NCBI GenBank assembly: GCA_021776315.1
Contig: JAJFGD010000067.1
Location: 1-61,654, forward strand
Direction: 5' to 3'
Source of the DNA: Hyphococcus sp.
Lineage (GTDB): Bacteria > Pseudomonadota > Alphaproteobacteria > Caulobacterales > Parvularculaceae
DNA: 61,654 bases
The position numbers and the translations under genes are program-made. Shown piece by piece: positions 1 to 8,988 of the stretch. How positions within the stretch are numbered: the first letter of the stretch is position 1; the number at the start of each line of letters is the position of its first letter. Under the pieces are notes generated by a model. That model searched no databases. It was not told the DNA's origin and saw nothing but the letters and a program-made list of their open reading frames with translations.

Positions 1-2
1 CT

Positions 3-683
3 TACCTCGCTTTCTTTCGAGATCGTGATGCCAAACTGGCGATGACGGAAATTGATAAAGCAATCACGGCACAGCCAACCAATGCCATTGCTTGGCAAAC
101 CAAAGCGATGATCGCAAGCGCCGCAGGCCAAGCGCGCACCAGCTTACAAGCGATTGATCGCGCCCGAGACCTCGACCCATTATCTGCCGGTATCGCTTGG
201 GATCGCGTTTGGTTTTTATATATTGCAGGACGTAGCGACGATGCCTTGGTTGCCGCAAAAGATGCCCGGCGGATCGCGCCACCGGTCCATGTTTATGAAG
301 CGCTCATACATTTGATGCGCAATGATGATGATGCGGCATTTGAAAGCTGGTTAAACCGCGCATTGATGCGCGGCATGGAATCAGAACGCGCAACCCAAAT
401 TCGCCAGATCGCGAATTCAAGCGGACCGCGTGCCGGGCTGGTCGCAATCGCTGCAGACGCCACGGCGGCGCAGAGCTATCGTGAAGTCACCCTTGCCCAC
501 GCCGCATTGTTGTCAGCCTTAGGACAAGATGATGCAGCAGTGCAATTAATGTTGAACGATAAACCGAAAGAGAAAAGCTGGTGGTGGAGTTGGTACCATG
601 TCATTCCGGGCATCGCGCCCCTTCGAAATGATCAACGCCTGCAGATGCTACCACAAACCCGCACCGCGACCTTTGATGGGTAA
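3..683 (+). CDS. TPR-repeat protein, 5'-truncated (possibly the C-terminal half of a winged-helix/TPR regulator)
   Basis: The frame is open from the window edge (YLAFFRDRDAKLAMTEIDKA...). It has Ala-rich TPR-like helices (AITAQPTNAIAW, RARDLDPLS, GRSDDALVAA). Confidence 0.6.
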   Translation, partial: YLAFFRDRDAKLAMTEIDKAITAQPTNAIAWQTKAMIASAAGQARTSLQAIDRARDLDPLSAGIAWDRVWFLYIAGRSDDALVAAKDARRIAPPVHVYEALIHLMRNDDDAAFESWLNRALMRGMESERATQIRQIANSSGPRAGLVAIAADATAAQSYREVTLAHAALLSALGQDDAAVQLMLNDKPKEKSWWWSWYHVIPGIAPLRNDQRLQMLPQTRTATFDG

Positions 684-863
684 TTTACTCATTGTGCAAT
701 CACCATTTGTGGCGATTGCCAATAGCAACCACAGGTGGTATATCATTAGAATATTCGCGTATAAGTAGCGTCGGCTATTTTTAATTCAATCGCTTACTAG
801 CCACTCAATTTTGTAACTGTTGTGGTCGGGTCCTGGAATTTTGGTAGGATTTTCCCCCTCGCT

Positions 864-1064
864 TCAAAAATCTATGGCTCGGCCACCTCGTTCCCAATCG
901 CCATATCGGGTTGGTTCTTCACCCTTTGGGCCGCCTAATTCCTTTGGATCACTGGCTTTTTGAGTATTTTTCTTGTCTTGCTGCATGCGGCGTGCCGCTG
1001 CCTCTTCCAAAGCGCGCTTTGCTGCAGCTGGCATAGGCTCAGGCGATGATTTTTTCTCTTCCAT
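864..1064 (-). CDS. DUF1674 family protein (SDHAF4-like succinate dehydrogenase assembly factor)
   Basis: C-terminal signature [25 protein letters not shown]; divergent from htpX, as is usual in alphaproteobacteria. Confidence 0.9.
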   Translation of the reverse strand: MEEKKSSPEPMPAAAKRALEEAAARRMQQDKKNTQKASDPKELGGPKGEEPTRYGDWERGGRAIDF

Positions 1065-1167
1065 CTGGATAAATCCTAGCGGTGTTGCGGCGCTCCGTAT
1101 TGAAGCAAGTCATTTCAGCTACATATATAGGCACACCGTAATCCAACCAAAAGGGCGAATAGCCGAA

Positions 1168-2076
1168 ATGAACACACTGCGTACTTTCATGTTGCTCGCA
1201 ACTTTAACCGCCTTGTTTATGGGTGTTGGGTTTATGATTGGCGGCACCGCCGGGATGGGGATTGCTTTTGTCGTTGCCGCTGGGATGAATGTCTTTTCTT
1301 ATTGGAATTCGGATAAAATGGTTTTGCGCATGTATAAGGCGCAGGAAGTCGATGAGAACCACAATTCCGGTATTGTTCGACGCTATGTGCAGTCAACGCG
1401 AAGCCTCGCGCAAAATGCTGGCATGCCCAGTCCAAAAATCTATGTCATTGAAAATGATCAACCCAATGCTTTTGCAACAGGTCGGAACCCAGAAAACGCG
1501 GCTGTCGCAGCGACAACCGGCCTTTTGCGAATTTTAACTGAAGAAGAACTTGCTGGCGTGATGGCTCATGAGCTTGCTCATGTGCGCAATCGCGACACCC
1601 TAACCATGACCATTACCGCGACGATCGCTGGCGCGATTACAATGCTCGCCAATTTTGCCATGTTTTTCGGCGGCAATAGAAATAATGGCGGCGGTATCAT
1701 TGGTGCCATTGCGATCATGATCTTGGCCCCGATGGCGGCGGGCCTCGTGCAAATGGCGATCAGCCGTGGGCGCGAATATGAAGCCGACCGGATCGGTGCA
1801 GAAATTTGTGGCCACCCGGAATGGTTGGCCTCAGCATTGGCAAAAATTTCCAATGGCGCGGCACGCATTCCCAATCCAACTGCCGAGCGACACCCTGAGA
1901 CAGGGCAATTAATGATCATCAACCCACTATCGGGCGGGGGACGCGATAAACTTTTCTCAACCCACCCCGCAACACAAAACCGCATCGATAAATTGATGGC
2001 TATGACCGGTAGCACACCCGCTTCATTCAGACAGTCGGTACCAAGCGCCGGTGGGAATCGCGGCCCGTGGGGCTAA
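1168..2076 (+). CDS. htpX: Zinc metalloprotease HtpX (M48)
   Basis: [12 protein letters not shown]-terminus, [10 protein letters not shown], zinc motif [14 protein letters not shown] and FSTHP. Start placed at ATG 1168. Confidence 0.95.
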   Translation: MNTLRTFMLLATLTALFMGVGFMIGGTAGMGIAFVVAAGMNVFSYWNSDKMVLRMYKAQEVDENHNSGIVRRYVQSTRSLAQNAGMPSPKIYVIENDQPNAFATGRNPENAAVAATTGLLRILTEEELAGVMAHELAHVRNRDTLTMTITATIAGAITMLANFAMFFGGNRNNGGGIIGAIAIMILAPMAAGLVQMAISRGREYEADRIGAEICGHPEWLASALAKISNGAARIPNPTAERHPETGQLMIINPLSGGGRDKLFSTHPATQNRIDKLMAMTGSTPASFRQSVPSAGGNRGPWG

Positions 2077-2089
2077 GTCCGCCTCAATT

Positions 2090-2980
2090 TTAACGCGCAC
2101 TTTTTGGGAATGCCGGCAGCAAATCTAAATCAACCGGATCATGTTGCACGATAAGCCGAGCCTCTAACTGGGTAACTAAAGCATCAACACGCTCTATTGA
2201 CGCTAGCGTCTCGGCACGGCTCGAATTCCATTTAGAGACCGTCCGTTCCCCGACCTCACTGCGAAAATGAAACAGGTCACCAGCCAATAAGATCGGTCCG
2301 GAACCATCCAATTGCACGAGTAAGCCGCTATGTCCCGGCGTATGGCCGGGTAGCGCTACGATGGTGACACGGCCATCGCCGAACACGTCGTGGTCTCCGG
2401 TGAATTCTTGCATGGTAGCAGATCCATCATACCACGGGGCCAACCGTCGGCGGGCGTTCCCTGGTGGATGCTGGCGTATCCAAGTCGCATCCGCCTCGTT
2501 CATGAGTAATGTTGCGTCATGAAATTCCGCTGCCTGCCCAATGTGATCCCCATGGAAATGGCTAACACTGACAAAATCAATATTGCCGACCGACATGCCA
2601 AGCTCGTCTAATTGATCTGCAATGGTGATGCTTATTGACGACGTCCATCCGTTATTTGCCGTCGTGTTACCGAGCACATCACGCGGCAGCCCGGCATCCC
2701 AGAGCAAATACTGATCACCATGGCGAACTAAAAAACAACCATTTGTAATGGTTGCAGATTGACCTTCATATTTATAGCTATCGGAGAAATAGGAAATGTC
2801 GTCGATGATCATCTGCCCGCAATCAAGACGCCAGAGTTCCACGACAGCTCGCTCTGACGCAATCGCTGTGATGCCGATGAGTCCATTGATAATTCCAGCG
2901 ACGCAAACCCCCAAAAGCGATTTTGCAAATCGCACCGGGTGACTTAAAAATACGCGACGAATAGCAACGTTAAGCAACAT
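2090..2980 (-). CDS. N-acyl homoserine lactonase family metallo-beta-lactamase-fold hydrolase, probably exported
   Basis: SHFHGDH (HxHxDH), DVFGDG, PGHTPGH, LAGDLFH and VQHD motifs; hydrophobic N-terminal segment. Exact start uncertain. Confidence 0.8.
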   Translation of the reverse strand: MLLNVAIRRVFLSHPVRFAKSLLGVCVAGIINGLIGITAIASERAVVELWRLDCGQMIIDDISYFSDSYKYEGQSATITNGCFLVRHGDQYLLWDAGLPRDVLGNTTANNGWTSSISITIADQLDELGMSVGNIDFVSVSHFHGDHIGQAAEFHDATLLMNEADATWIRQHPPGNARRRLAPWYDGSATMQEFTGDHDVFGDGRVTIVALPGHTPGHSGLLVQLDGSGPILLAGDLFHFRSEVGERTVSKWNSSRAETLASIERVDALVTQLEARLIVQHDPVDLDLLPAFPKSAR

Positions 2981-3095
2981 CGATCAAAACCTCATTGATG
3001 AAATCCACCAAAGATGTAACAGTTTCACCGCGCAAATTGCGCCGAATATCATTGCAAAAAGCGCAATTTTTTTGCGTGAGATTTTTTGAGGCGTT

Positions 3096-3545
3096 ATGAG
3101 TGAGAACTTCAAATTAGACGAAAAAGACCGTGAGATCATTCGGCTTCTCAAAGAGGATGCGTGGCAAACCCACACCAAAATCGGCGAGGCCGTTCACCTA
3201 TCACCAAGCGCCGTACAACGGCGATTTGAGCGTTTGCGCGCTCAAGGCGTTATCACCGGCGCAAAAGCAATGGTCGACCCAAAAGCAATTGATCAACGAT
3301 TGCGAATGTTTATTCTCATGGAGTTACACAATGATGGCCATGAGCAGCTAGAAATTCTGGTTGGACAACTCAAAGCCCACCGGGAAGTCTCTCATGTGGA
3401 CCTGACATTAGGAAAATTCGATATTTTACTGACGGTGGGTTGTGTGGATACTGACGCATTCAGCGACTTCGCTATGAATACATTGAATAAAAATTCGAAC
3501 ATCAAACACTGTTTTACGTTGACGAAATTGACAACACTGATTTGA
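3096..3545 (+). CDS. Lrp/AsnC family transcriptional regulator
   Basis: N-terminal HTH (LDEKDREIIRLLKEDA...VHLSPSAVQRRFERLRAQGVI) followed by a RAM-like domain. Confidence 0.92.
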   Translation: MSENFKLDEKDREIIRLLKEDAWQTHTKIGEAVHLSPSAVQRRFERLRAQGVITGAKAMVDPKAIDQRLRMFILMELHNDGHEQLEILVGQLKAHREVSHVDLTLGKFDILLTVGCVDTDAFSDFAMNTLNKNSNIKHCFTLTKLTTLI

Positions 3546-3577
3546 TCGATGGTTTAGGTGCACAAATAGATCATGCC

Positions 3578-4114
3578 CTAATCAAACAAGTCCGGCTCTA
3601 ACGCGCCCTCGATCTTTAAAAGTTTCTGCTTTGAAACCGTACCCCCTGGCGCTGAAAAACCGGTCATCGCTCCATCGGCACCGACGACGCGGTGACACGG
3701 AACGATGATCGGGATTGGATTGCGGCCTAGCGCCTGCCCAACCCGTCGGGAATAGGCAACGTCGCCGAGTTGGCGCGCCAGGTCTCCATAGGTTTTCGTC
3801 TCGCCTTGCTTAATTTTTGAAGTCAATTCGATTACCGCACAATCGAACGCCGGCAACCCTTCAAGATTTAAGACGACGTCATGGAAATTTGCGGCGCGCC
3901 CCAAAAACAATTCACGAATATCGTTAATCGTCTTCTCGATATGTGTAGGGGCTGTATGTATTTCGACGGCACTTTGCGCGCGTCGAAAGAGCCGCGCACG
4001 GGTTTTATCGTCGCTTTCATCGGCAAAGCTGCTAGCGAGAACTCCATTCTCGTCCCAAGCAATGCCGCAACGCCCAAGCGCGGTATCAAAAAGAATATAT
4101 GAACACTCAGCCAT
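3578..4114 (-). CDS. ogt: Methylated-DNA--protein-cysteine methyltransferase
   Basis: Active site NPIPIIVPCHRVV, TYGDLA, KLLKIEG. Start probably ATG 4114 (alternative 4144). Confidence 0.9.
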   Translation of the reverse strand: MAECSYILFDTALGRCGIAWDENGVLASSFADESDDKTRARLFRRAQSAVEIHTAPTHIEKTINDIRELFLGRAANFHDVVLNLEGLPAFDCAVIELTSKIKQGETKTYGDLARQLGDVAYSRRVGQALGRNPIPIIVPCHRVVGADGAMTGFSAPGGTVSKQKLLKIEGALEPDLFD

Positions 4115-4168
4115 ATAATGGGGGATACCACAAATCTCGGTCAAAACCGCCCGTTTTTTGTGCTTACA

Positions 4169-5203
4169 CTAAAGGCCAAAGCGGCGGGTCAATGAACCCA
4201 GTTCTTCGTGTAGTTTTTTGGTTGGAAATTTCGTTTGTTCAGGAAGGGTTTCTTGCTGATCAAGTGCATATTCGATTTTTCGCACTCTTTCGAGCGTTTG
4301 CTCCAACAACAAACGATTATAGGCGACAAGATCAGCCACTAAGGCAAACATGGCGCATAACCCACCCATAATGAAGAGCGCGCCGCCAATGATCAGAGAC
4401 TGGATCATCCCCGCCCCGTCGCCAGCCATATAGTGACCAATAAAACGAAGGATTGGCAGCGATCCGGCAACCATCAACAATAGCCCCAGGATCATAAATA
4501 TTTTCAGCGGTTCATACATCGCGTAGGCCCGCAACATGGTGCGCCCTGTGCGGGACAGAAACTGGGGAATTGATTTGAAAAGACGAGAGGGGCGCTCGAC
4601 TTTGTTTGTGTCTATAGGAACAGAGGTGATCCGCAAATTTTTTCGGCCCGCCTGAATCAATGTTTCCGTAGTATAGGAAAAAGTTGACCGGACCGTGATG
4701 CCCATCGCCGCATTTCGTGAGAATGCACGAAACCCGCTCACCGCATCTGGAATTTCCGAACCTGCAAGACGACCGACCGCGCGGCTACCAAATTTTTGCA
4801 GTATTTTTTTCAATGGAGAAAAATGTTTGATTTTCTCCGTTTGCCGATCACCGACAACAATATCAGCTTGACCCGCCAGAATGGGTTGAACCAATTTCGC
4901 GATATCGCCGCCGCAATACTGATTGTCGCCGTCAGTATTCACAATGATATCAGCACCGCGCCGTAAGGCAGTATCAAGTCCACGCTGGAAGCTCTTTGCC
5001 AATCCAATATTGGACCCATTTCGGAGGATATGATCAGCGCCGCTCTCCGTCGCGACATCTACTGTTCGATCGGTGGAACCGTCATCAATCACCAGAATTT
5101 CCACAATATCGATACCAGGAATATCGCGCGGAATATCAGCAATCGCTGCGCCGAGTGTTACTTCCTCGTTAAGACATGGGATCTGAATAATCAGTTTGGT
5201 CAT
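4169..5203 (-). CDS. GT2 glycosyltransferase, polyprenol-phosphate glycosyltransferase (DPM1/GtrB/ArnC-like) with two C-terminal TM helices
   Basis: IQIPCLNEE, VIDDGSTD, NTDGDNQY and DAVSGFRA motifs; hydrophobic C-terminal hairpin. Confidence 0.88.
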   Translation of the reverse strand: MTKLIIQIPCLNEEVTLGAAIADIPRDIPGIDIVEILVIDDGSTDRTVDVATESGADHILRNGSNIGLAKSFQRGLDTALRRGADIIVNTDGDNQYCGGDIAKLVQPILAGQADIVVGDRQTEKIKHFSPLKKILQKFGSRAVGRLAGSEIPDAVSGFRAFSRNAAMGITVRSTFSYTTETLIQAGRKNLRITSVPIDTNKVERPSRLFKSIPQFLSRTGRTMLRAYAMYEPLKIFMILGLLLMVAGSLPILRFIGHYMAGDGAGMIQSLIIGGALFIMGGLCAMFALVADLVAYNRLLLEQTLERVRKIEYALDQQETLPEQTKFPTKKLHEELGSLTRRFGL

Positions 5204-5296
5204 TGGGCCTACTGCAAATTGCAATTATCTAAACCGAACAGAGCAAACAGAGCGTTAATATATCCAAAGGCACAATGTAGTATCGCAAAGGTCCAG

Positions 5297-6427
5297 ATGA
5301 AAAAGAATGTGCTTTTCATAACGCGAAAATGGTCGCCCGCAGTTGGCGGAATGGAAACCTATTGCGTTGAACTCACCAAAAGTTTGAAATCTCTTGTTAA
5401 CCTTCGTGTAGAGAAATTACCGGGACGCGTGACTGGCGCACCACCATCGTTTTTTGCCATTGTCATGTTCGGCATGGCCACGGCTTTTCGAATTATTTTC
5501 TCCAGCAACCGATATGACGTCTTACATGGCAGCGATATCGCCGTCTGGCCATTAGTTTACTTTGGAGCAATAAAGTCACCGAACGCCACTCTTGTTTTGT
5601 CAGCTCATGGCACCGACATATCTTTGGCAAGCAAGCAGGGCATCGCTGCAGCGATTTATAAGCAGTATGTTCGTCTTGGTGCCACTTTGATGAAGCGATG
5701 TCACGTTATCGCGAATTCGCGCGCGACAGCATCACTTCTACACAATCACAACTTTCAAAATATTGAAATCATTCCACTCGGCACAGAGTGCATACCTGAA
5801 GCACCTAAATCAGTCACTCCGGAGAATTATATTCTTTTTGTTGGTCGGCTATTGCCCCAAAAGGGATGCCGTTGGTTTGCTGAAGAGGTGTTGCCACATC
5901 TTCCGGAACAGATCTCACTCAAAGTTGCCGGAACGGTCGTCTGCAAGGCAGAAAAAAACGCAATTGAACATCCACGCATTGAATTTCTGGGGTGTGTATT
6001 CGGTCAGGCTCTTCGAGAAATACGTCAAAAGGCATTGGCCGTTATTGTACCCAACATTGGGGCGTCAGTGGAGGACTTTGAGGGCTTTGGTCTTACTGCG
6101 TTGGAAGCAGCTGCCGCGGGCGGCGTCGTAATTGCTTCAGACTTGCACGGTATTTCGGATGCTGTGGTCGACGGCAAGACCGGCTTTTTGGTTCCAGGCG
6201 GCGACGTTGAAGCATGGGTTCAAAAGATTTTAGAAATTCAGAATATGGAGCTCAATGAGCGACAAGAATTCTGTCAAAAGTCGATTGCAAACATTGCCGA
6301 GACCTATTCCTGGCAACGCGTCGCAGAAAAGACGCTCGCACTTTATGATGGCGCGGCAAAGCATATTGCTCACCACGTTCAACCTGTCGACCAATTTCAA
6401 CTCAACAAAATGGGAACGACACAGTGA
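5297..6427 (+). CDS. GT4 (GT-B) glycosyltransferase
   Basis: ITRKWSPAVGGMETY, FVGRLLPQKG and EGFGLTALEAAAAG motifs. Start placed at ATG 5297. Confidence 0.9.
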   Translation: MKKNVLFITRKWSPAVGGMETYCVELTKSLKSLVNLRVEKLPGRVTGAPPSFFAIVMFGMATAFRIIFSSNRYDVLHGSDIAVWPLVYFGAIKSPNATLVLSAHGTDISLASKQGIAAAIYKQYVRLGATLMKRCHVIANSRATASLLHNHNFQNIEIIPLGTECIPEAPKSVTPENYILFVGRLLPQKGCRWFAEEVLPHLPEQISLKVAGTVVCKAEKNAIEHPRIEFLGCVFGQALREIRQKALAVIVPNIGASVEDFEGFGLTALEAAAAGGVVIASDLHGISDAVVDGKTGFLVPGGDVEAWVQKILEIQNMELNERQEFCQKSIANIAETYSWQRVAEKTLALYDGAAKHIAHHVQPVDQFQLNKMGTTQ

Positions 6428-7134
6428 CCACTTCCGCTAAACAAGTCATATCATATATCCGCAATATACCGTTAATAGGTGAAGTTTCGGCAAGTACTTG
6501 GCGCACCATTAGAAACATGCGCTTTCAGACCTCCGACACTTATTGGAAAGAACGCTACAATGCCGGCGGGAATTCTGGCGCGGGTTCCTATGGTCGTCTC
6601 GCAGCATTCAAGGCAAAAATCGTCAATGACATTGTTGCAGAAAATCACTACAAATCTGCGATTGAAATTGGTTGTGGCGATGGTGCCCAACTTTCATTGT
6701 TACATATCGAGCAATATACCGGCGTTGACGTTTCGCAGACCATAATCGAGCGTTGTAAAAAGAAGTTTTCCGACCGCCCCGGTTTCACATTTTTATCGAG
6801 AGATGAATTTGAAGAAAATGCACACACAGCAGACGTATCGTTGTCACTTGATGTCATCTATCACTTAGTAGAGGATACTGTTTTTGATGACTATATGCAT
6901 ACCTTGTTTAAAGCAGCATCAGATTGCGTCATTATTTATGCAAGCAATAAGGACGAGATGACACAAGACTCCCATGTTCGCCACCGGAAATTTACAGACT
7001 GGGTAAAATCAAACAAGCCAAACTTTTATCAGGAAACATATATTCCTAACCCCTACCCATTCGATGCTGACACCCCTGAAACGACGTCATTTGCGGATTT
7101 TTACGTTTTTCGAAATCAGAGCAAAGTCACCTAA
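6424..7134 (+). CDS. Class I SAM-dependent methyltransferase
   Basis: YWKERYNAGGNSGAGS, IEIGCGDG, YTGVDVS and SLDVIYHL motifs; 4-nt overlap with the GT4 gene. Confidence 0.85.
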   Translation: MTTSAKQVISYIRNIPLIGEVSASTWRTIRNMRFQTSDTYWKERYNAGGNSGAGSYGRLAAFKAKIVNDIVAENHYKSAIEIGCGDGAQLSLLHIEQYTGVDVSQTIIERCKKKFSDRPGFTFLSRDEFEENAHTADVSLSLDVIYHLVEDTVFDDYMHTLFKAASDCVIIYASNKDEMTQDSHVRHRKFTDWVKSNKPNFYQETYIPNPYPFDADTPETTSFADFYVFRNQSKVT

Positions 7135-7148
7135 AGCACCGTGACGTT

Positions 7149-7871
7149 TTAATCTGATTTCACCGCAACGAAACAGACATGCCATGTAAACAGGTCCTTC
7201 AAGAAACCGGGCAACTTCGCTGATCGATGAAAAAAACCACGCGTAAACTGATCATCAACGCGAAACCCAGACTCTTCTAACATTTTTTTCACGTCCTTTA
7301 TCGTCAAAGGATGGAGACCGAATTCGCCAAAGCATGTGGCGTAATTATCAATTTTCTTTTTATGGGTGAGATTATAAAGGCGCACAGCAATCCGCTCACC
7401 AAAAAAATGCCACGGCTTAAACATGTGGCCACCCACTAAAAAAAGTGAATAAAAAGGCGGAAATGTCAAAAACAATATGCCATCATCTGCAAGGACGTCG
7501 CGAATGTTTTTTATCATGGCCGTTGGATTGGAAACATGCTCAATGGTCGATGCGCAATACACAAAATCAAAAGAGTGAAGTTCGGCAGGCGGTGATTGTT
7601 GCACATCCCATACATGATGCTGAATATCTGATGGGAAGTCTTCGTGCTTTTCTAAATCCGATGCAACAACCTCTTTGGAGTCTTTCTTCAATTCTACAGT
7701 ATACGCGCCACGGTGCGCCGCTAGTTCCAGCACTCTTTTGTCATGCAAAGAAATGCCCCTGCGCGCCAAGTCCACAATCGTGACATTGGCGAGATAGGCC
7801 TGCATAGCGGAATAATCTTCAGGAGACCGAAAACGCTTTAAGCCGAGCTGAACAATTTTTACAAAAGACAT
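7149..7871 (-). CDS. Class I SAM-dependent methyltransferase with atypical motif I
   Basis: VLELAAHRG, VVASDL, SFDFVYCASTIEHV and VLADDGILFLTFP motifs. Confidence 0.8.
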   Translation of the reverse strand: MSFVKIVQLGLKRFRSPEDYSAMQAYLANVTIVDLARRGISLHDKRVLELAAHRGAYTVELKKDSKEVVASDLEKHEDFPSDIQHHVWDVQQSPPAELHSFDFVYCASTIEHVSNPTAMIKNIRDVLADDGILFLTFPPFYSLFLVGGHMFKPWHFFGERIAVRLYNLTHKKKIDNYATCFGEFGLHPLTIKDVKKMLEESGFRVDDQFTRGFFHRSAKLPGFLKDLFTWHVCFVAVKSD

Positions 7872-7925
7872 GATTCACTTTTAATTCGAATTGCTGAGCT
7901 GAAACAAGCTCACAATTCTCAGAAA

Positions 7926-8834
7926 TTATTCAATGATTGATGAACGCATAGTAATTGAAAACAACAGCGCGATGGCAATAAGTGGAATGATCAATGTCAA
8001 TTGCAGTACTGCTGATGCCATAAACCCAAGTGCTGGATCTGAAGCTACCCATAGGGCTATAGTTGCTGCAGCCAGTTCTCGCACACCCAATCCTGACGGT
8101 ACAAATGAAACCGCCGCACCTATGACACCAGCAACAGAAATCACCACCGCTTGAGAGAATGCGCCATCAAAGCCAAGTGCGGTCAGGCTAACCCAAAAAC
8201 CAACTGCGTAGACCACTGCTGCGCCAAATCCGACGATCATCATAAGAATGATATCGGAAATGCGGTGGCTGATTGACCAAATAATTGCAATGCCGCTGAA
8301 GAGGCAAAGTGCACCCACAAAAGCAAGAAAGAGCCAGATTGGCGAAGCAATAGATGCTGCCCAAATGCTAGCGTGGATGAATGTCATCCCAAACCAAACC
8401 AAGGCTGTCGCAATATTGGCAAATGCTGAATTCTTGAGCGGTACGCCTTTATTCATCATTGCAGCGACCCTTAATGCTAGGCCCGCCGGTAATGGAAGAT
8501 AATTTGCTGCACTACTGAGCACAGAGATCTTGATGGCATCGATAAATTGAATCTTGATATTTCCGACCCGGCAAGTGATTTGAAAAATGAGAGCGCCAAA
8601 TACAATTAACAATGGAGCAAGGACCAAACTCAAAAACAGCACGTAGTTGATACTGAGGGTTGAGAATAGATCAGGTCGATATGAATAAGAAACTATAACA
8701 CCAGCGACGAAAACAAGTGCCGCAATCAAAAACACCAAACGCTGAACCGAAGGACGCTTTAATCGAGTTTGCATATCTGCAAAGAGATCAACTGCATTTT
8801 GCGCAGTGATTTGTTTAATAAGCTGCAGAGTCAT
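7926..8834 (-). CDS. Lysylphosphatidylglycerol-synthase-TM / flippase-like membrane protein
   Basis: About 8 TM segments; ANYLP and FVPSGLGVRE motifs typical of LPG_synthase_TM-type flippases. Confidence 0.75.
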   Translation of the reverse strand: MTLQLIKQITAQNAVDLFADMQTRLKRPSVQRLVFLIAALVFVAGVIVSYSYRPDLFSTLSINYVLFLSLVLAPLLIVFGALIFQITCRVGNIKIQFIDAIKISVLSSAANYLPLPAGLALRVAAMMNKGVPLKNSAFANIATALVWFGMTFIHASIWAASIASPIWLFLAFVGALCLFSGIAIIWSISHRISDIILMMIVGFGAAVVYAVGFWVSLTALGFDGAFSQAVVISVAGVIGAAVSFVPSGLGVRELAAATIALWVASDPALGFMASAVLQLTLIIPLIAIALLFSITMRSSIIE

Positions 8835-8900
8835 CGATCTTCCAATCTAACCCAAATCCAGCCTTGCTGGCGGCTACGCTGCAATCTCATCACATTCTCG

Positions 8901-8927
8901 TTTACAGCCTATTAACCTCAATTTCAC
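8901..8927. promoter_or_regulatory. Tandem CtrA-like half-sites (TTTA-N7-TTAA-N7-TTCAC)
   Basis: tttacagcctattaacctcaatttcac lies in the divergent flippase/GT-C intergenic region; each adjacent pair has one mismatch to TTAA-N7-TTAA. Confidence 0.35.
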
Positions 8928-8988
8928 AAAAATCAGCTCTAAAAGAGCGCCAATCACCTAGCGTCGTATCTATTGGCGGAGCGCAAAT

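Noticed and set aside
973-1167. N-terminal extension of HtpX in the ORF track
   Set aside because: It overlaps the opposite-strand DUF1674 gene, and HtpX similarity starts at ATG 1168. Similar over-extended starts were trimmed for GT4, phaZ, ctaC, ctaD, tldD, etfB, DUF1203 and TIGR02302.
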